Positions 61,522-64,000 of a stretch of 64,000 nucleotides of DNA are shown here, piece by piece. Location of the stretch: contig CM076001.1 in assembly GCA_038087875.1 (NCBI GenBank), positions 1,426,001 through 1,490,000 on the forward strand, read 5' to 3'. The first letter of the stretch is position 1. Each line of letters opens with the position of its first letter. Position numbers and translations under genes: made by a program. This DNA is from Malacoraja senta. Its lineage: Eukaryota. The notes beneath the pieces are model-generated. The model saw only the letters and a program-made list of their open reading frames with translations, did not search any database and was not told where the DNA came from.

Positions 61522-64000
61522 ACTCAACTACTAGTAAGGAAATACGTAAACAATGAAATAGCAACAAAGCAATTCGTTCCCGGGGTTCAAATTATAACTT
61601 TGTAGTTTCAATCTCTGACTGCGACAAAACTCAACCTCGAAATGCTGGCCGATGTAAGTTACCTTCATCAAATATTCTCCGTCTTATACAGACGACAATC
61701 TTATAACTGAACCCCATTGGAAGACTGGAAGGTACACACTGGAGAAACTCAGCGGGTGCAGCAGCATCTATGGAGCGTAGGAGCTAGGCAACGTTTCGGG
61801 CCGAAACCCTTCTTCAGAGTTTCTACAGCATTTGTGTGTACCTTCGATTTTCCAGCATCTGCAGTTCCCTCTTAAGCCCATTGGAAGACTGTCGTGAAAG
61901 GGAGGGGAGAAAAAGTATCAAGGTATTTTATTGTGTTTTCTCAGCCAACGGATTAAACAAGGACATCCCAGCACGACGACACACGACAGTCATGGGAAAT
62001 AGCCTGTGCTTTATCACCACGTAGCTTTTCATCTCTGTGCATGAATCTGGCGCACGCGTCCGGCCTTTGGTTAATGGCAACGAAGAGGTGTCTCAAGAAC
62101 TTCAACAACTGCTGCTGTTCGGAGTGGCGCTCCGCATCGTCGCCCTGCTGCACCACAGCGGCAACAGGTAGAGGTAGAAACATAGAAACATACTAAAACT
62201 GGTGCATGACTAGGCCATTCGGTCCTTCGAGCCAGCACCACCATTCAACATGATCATGTCATATGCTGAGAGAATGGAGCGGCTGGGCTTGTATACTCTG
62301 GAGTTCAGAATGATGAGAGGGAATCCTATTGAAAAATATAAGATTATTAAGGGTTTGGACAGTCTAGAGCCAGGAAACATGTCCCGAAGTTGGGGGAGTC
62401 CAGAACCAGGGGCCACAGTTTAAGAATAAGGGGTAAGCTATTTAGAACGGAGACGAGGAAACACTTTTTCTCACAGAGAGTTGTGAGTCTGTGGAATTCT
62501 CTGCCTCAGAGGGCGATGGAGACCGGTTCTCTGGATAGCGGAGTCAGGGGATATGGGGAGAAGGCATGAACGGGTACTGATTGGGGATAATCTGCCATGA
62601 TCACATTGAATAGCGGTGCTGGCTCGAAGGGTCGAATGGCCTACTCCTGCACCTATTGTCTTTTTCTGTTGTCTATAATTTTATATGTTTCTATTAGATC
62701 CGCTCTCATCCTTCTAAATTCCAGCGAATAGAAGCCCAGTCGACCCATTGTAGACATAGACATAGACATAGAAAATAGGTGCAGGTGTAGGCCATTCGGC
62801 CCTTCGAGCGTGCGCCGCCATTCAATATGATCATGGCTGATCATCCAACTCAGTATCCTGTACCTACTTTCTCTCCATACCCCCCTGATCCCTTTAGCCA
62901 CAAGGGCCACATCTAACTCCCTCTTAAATATAACCAATGAACTGGCCTCAACTACATTCTGTGGCAGAGAATTCCAGAGATTCACCACTCTCTGTGTAAA
63001 AAATGTTTTTCTCATCTCAGTCCTAAAAGATTTCCCCTTTATCCTTAAACTGTGACCCCTTGTTCTGGACTCCCGCAACATCGGGAACAATCTTCCTGCA
63101 TCTAGCCTGTCCAACCCCTTAAGAATTTTGTAAGTTTCTATAAGATCCCCCCTCAGTCTTCTAAATTCCAGCGAGTACAAGCCGAGTCTATCCAGTCTTT
63201 CTTCGTACGTCAGTCCCGCCATCTCGGGAATTAACCCAGTGAACCTACGCTGCACTCCCTCAATAGCAATAATGTCCTTCCTCAACTTAGGAGACCAAAA
63301 TTGCACAGAATATTCCTGGTGCGATCTAAAAGACTTGGGAGACAACGCAGTCAGTGTCTGCGGACATCACTTAACGATTCTGCGCAAACGGGACTTCTGT
63401 CGCGTGTGTTGTTGACTAATCGCTCTCGTTTGGGCTCCTTCTTACATTAAATTGCAGCTGATGATCTTGAGAAGCAATACTTTATATTTTTCTATTTGAT
63501 AGGGCGTCTATGAAAAGCTATTGTTTTAAAATAACATTATTATTTCCACTCCATGCGCTCATAAAATCAGAAGACCATAGGTGATAGGAGCAGTATTAGG
63601 CCATTCGGCCTATCAAATCTACTCCGACATTCAATACAATACAATAAAATAATACTTTATTAGCGAAGTATTGTTTGCAACATGCCAGGAATTTCATTTG
63701 TCAAGTCAGTCATACAAATAATATAAAAAGCAACACAACAAACCAAATACATTTTAACATCAACATCCATCACAGTGACACTTCCACATTCCTCATTGTA
63801 ATGAAGGTAAAACCAAAAGTTAAATCTCTTCTCTTCTTTGTCCTCCAGCGGTCGGGGGCCTCTAACCGTTGATGGGAAGATCTTACTCCTATAGCTGGCG
63901 GCGGGCCTTCCTCGTCGGGCCGATCAGCTCCTGCATCGGTGGGGAATCTCAGGTACCCCGCGCCGGCGCTCTGACCTCGGGTCTAGGTTTGTCGAACGTT

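Larger units (their letters stand above)
41543..64000 (+). repeat. Tandem segmental duplication, copy 2 (runs off the window)
   Basis: Collinear with 12493-35405. Confidence 0.97.

Noticed and set aside
1-64000. CRISPR arrays, operons, rRNA/tRNA genes, TCR constant exons, D-delta/J-delta segments
   Set aside because: None seen; the DNA is vertebrate and the only tRNA-related sequence is decayed SINE.

Overview
Eukaryotic genomic DNA from a cartilaginous fish, probably a skate or ray. This is inferred from the CR1, V-SINE and Penelope repeat families and from the immune genes; no prokaryotic features are present. Bases 1-12292 are AT-rich, CpG-poor and made of retroelement debris (CR1, Penelope-like, a ~3.2 kb Rex1/Babar LINE). 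After a 200-N scaffold gap the window is a tandem amplicon with a ~29 kb period: 12493-35405 is repeated at 41543-64000, diverged by an estimated few percent. The amplicon is part of the T-cell receptor alpha/delta locus and carries NAR-TCR cassettes. One cassette is complete: promoter, leader (39998-40040), IgNAR-like V without CDR2 (40195-40487, 22-bp RSS), D (40877-40890, 12/13- and 12-bp RSS), IgNAR-like J (41258-41315, 23-bp RSS), then a leaderless supporting TCR-delta V (44564-44869, 23-bp RSS). A second supporting V lies at 15472-15777; its NAR V-D-J partner is probably inside the gap. Each unit also holds an antisense two-exon class A GPCR of the GPR139-like chondrichthyan type (intact in copy 1, nonsense mutation in copy 2) and a perfect CTCF core motif. 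The stretch preceding the complete cassette, seen only once in the window, holds an orphan promoter plus intact leader exon homologous to the NAR V promoter. No D-delta, J-delta or constant exons are visible.
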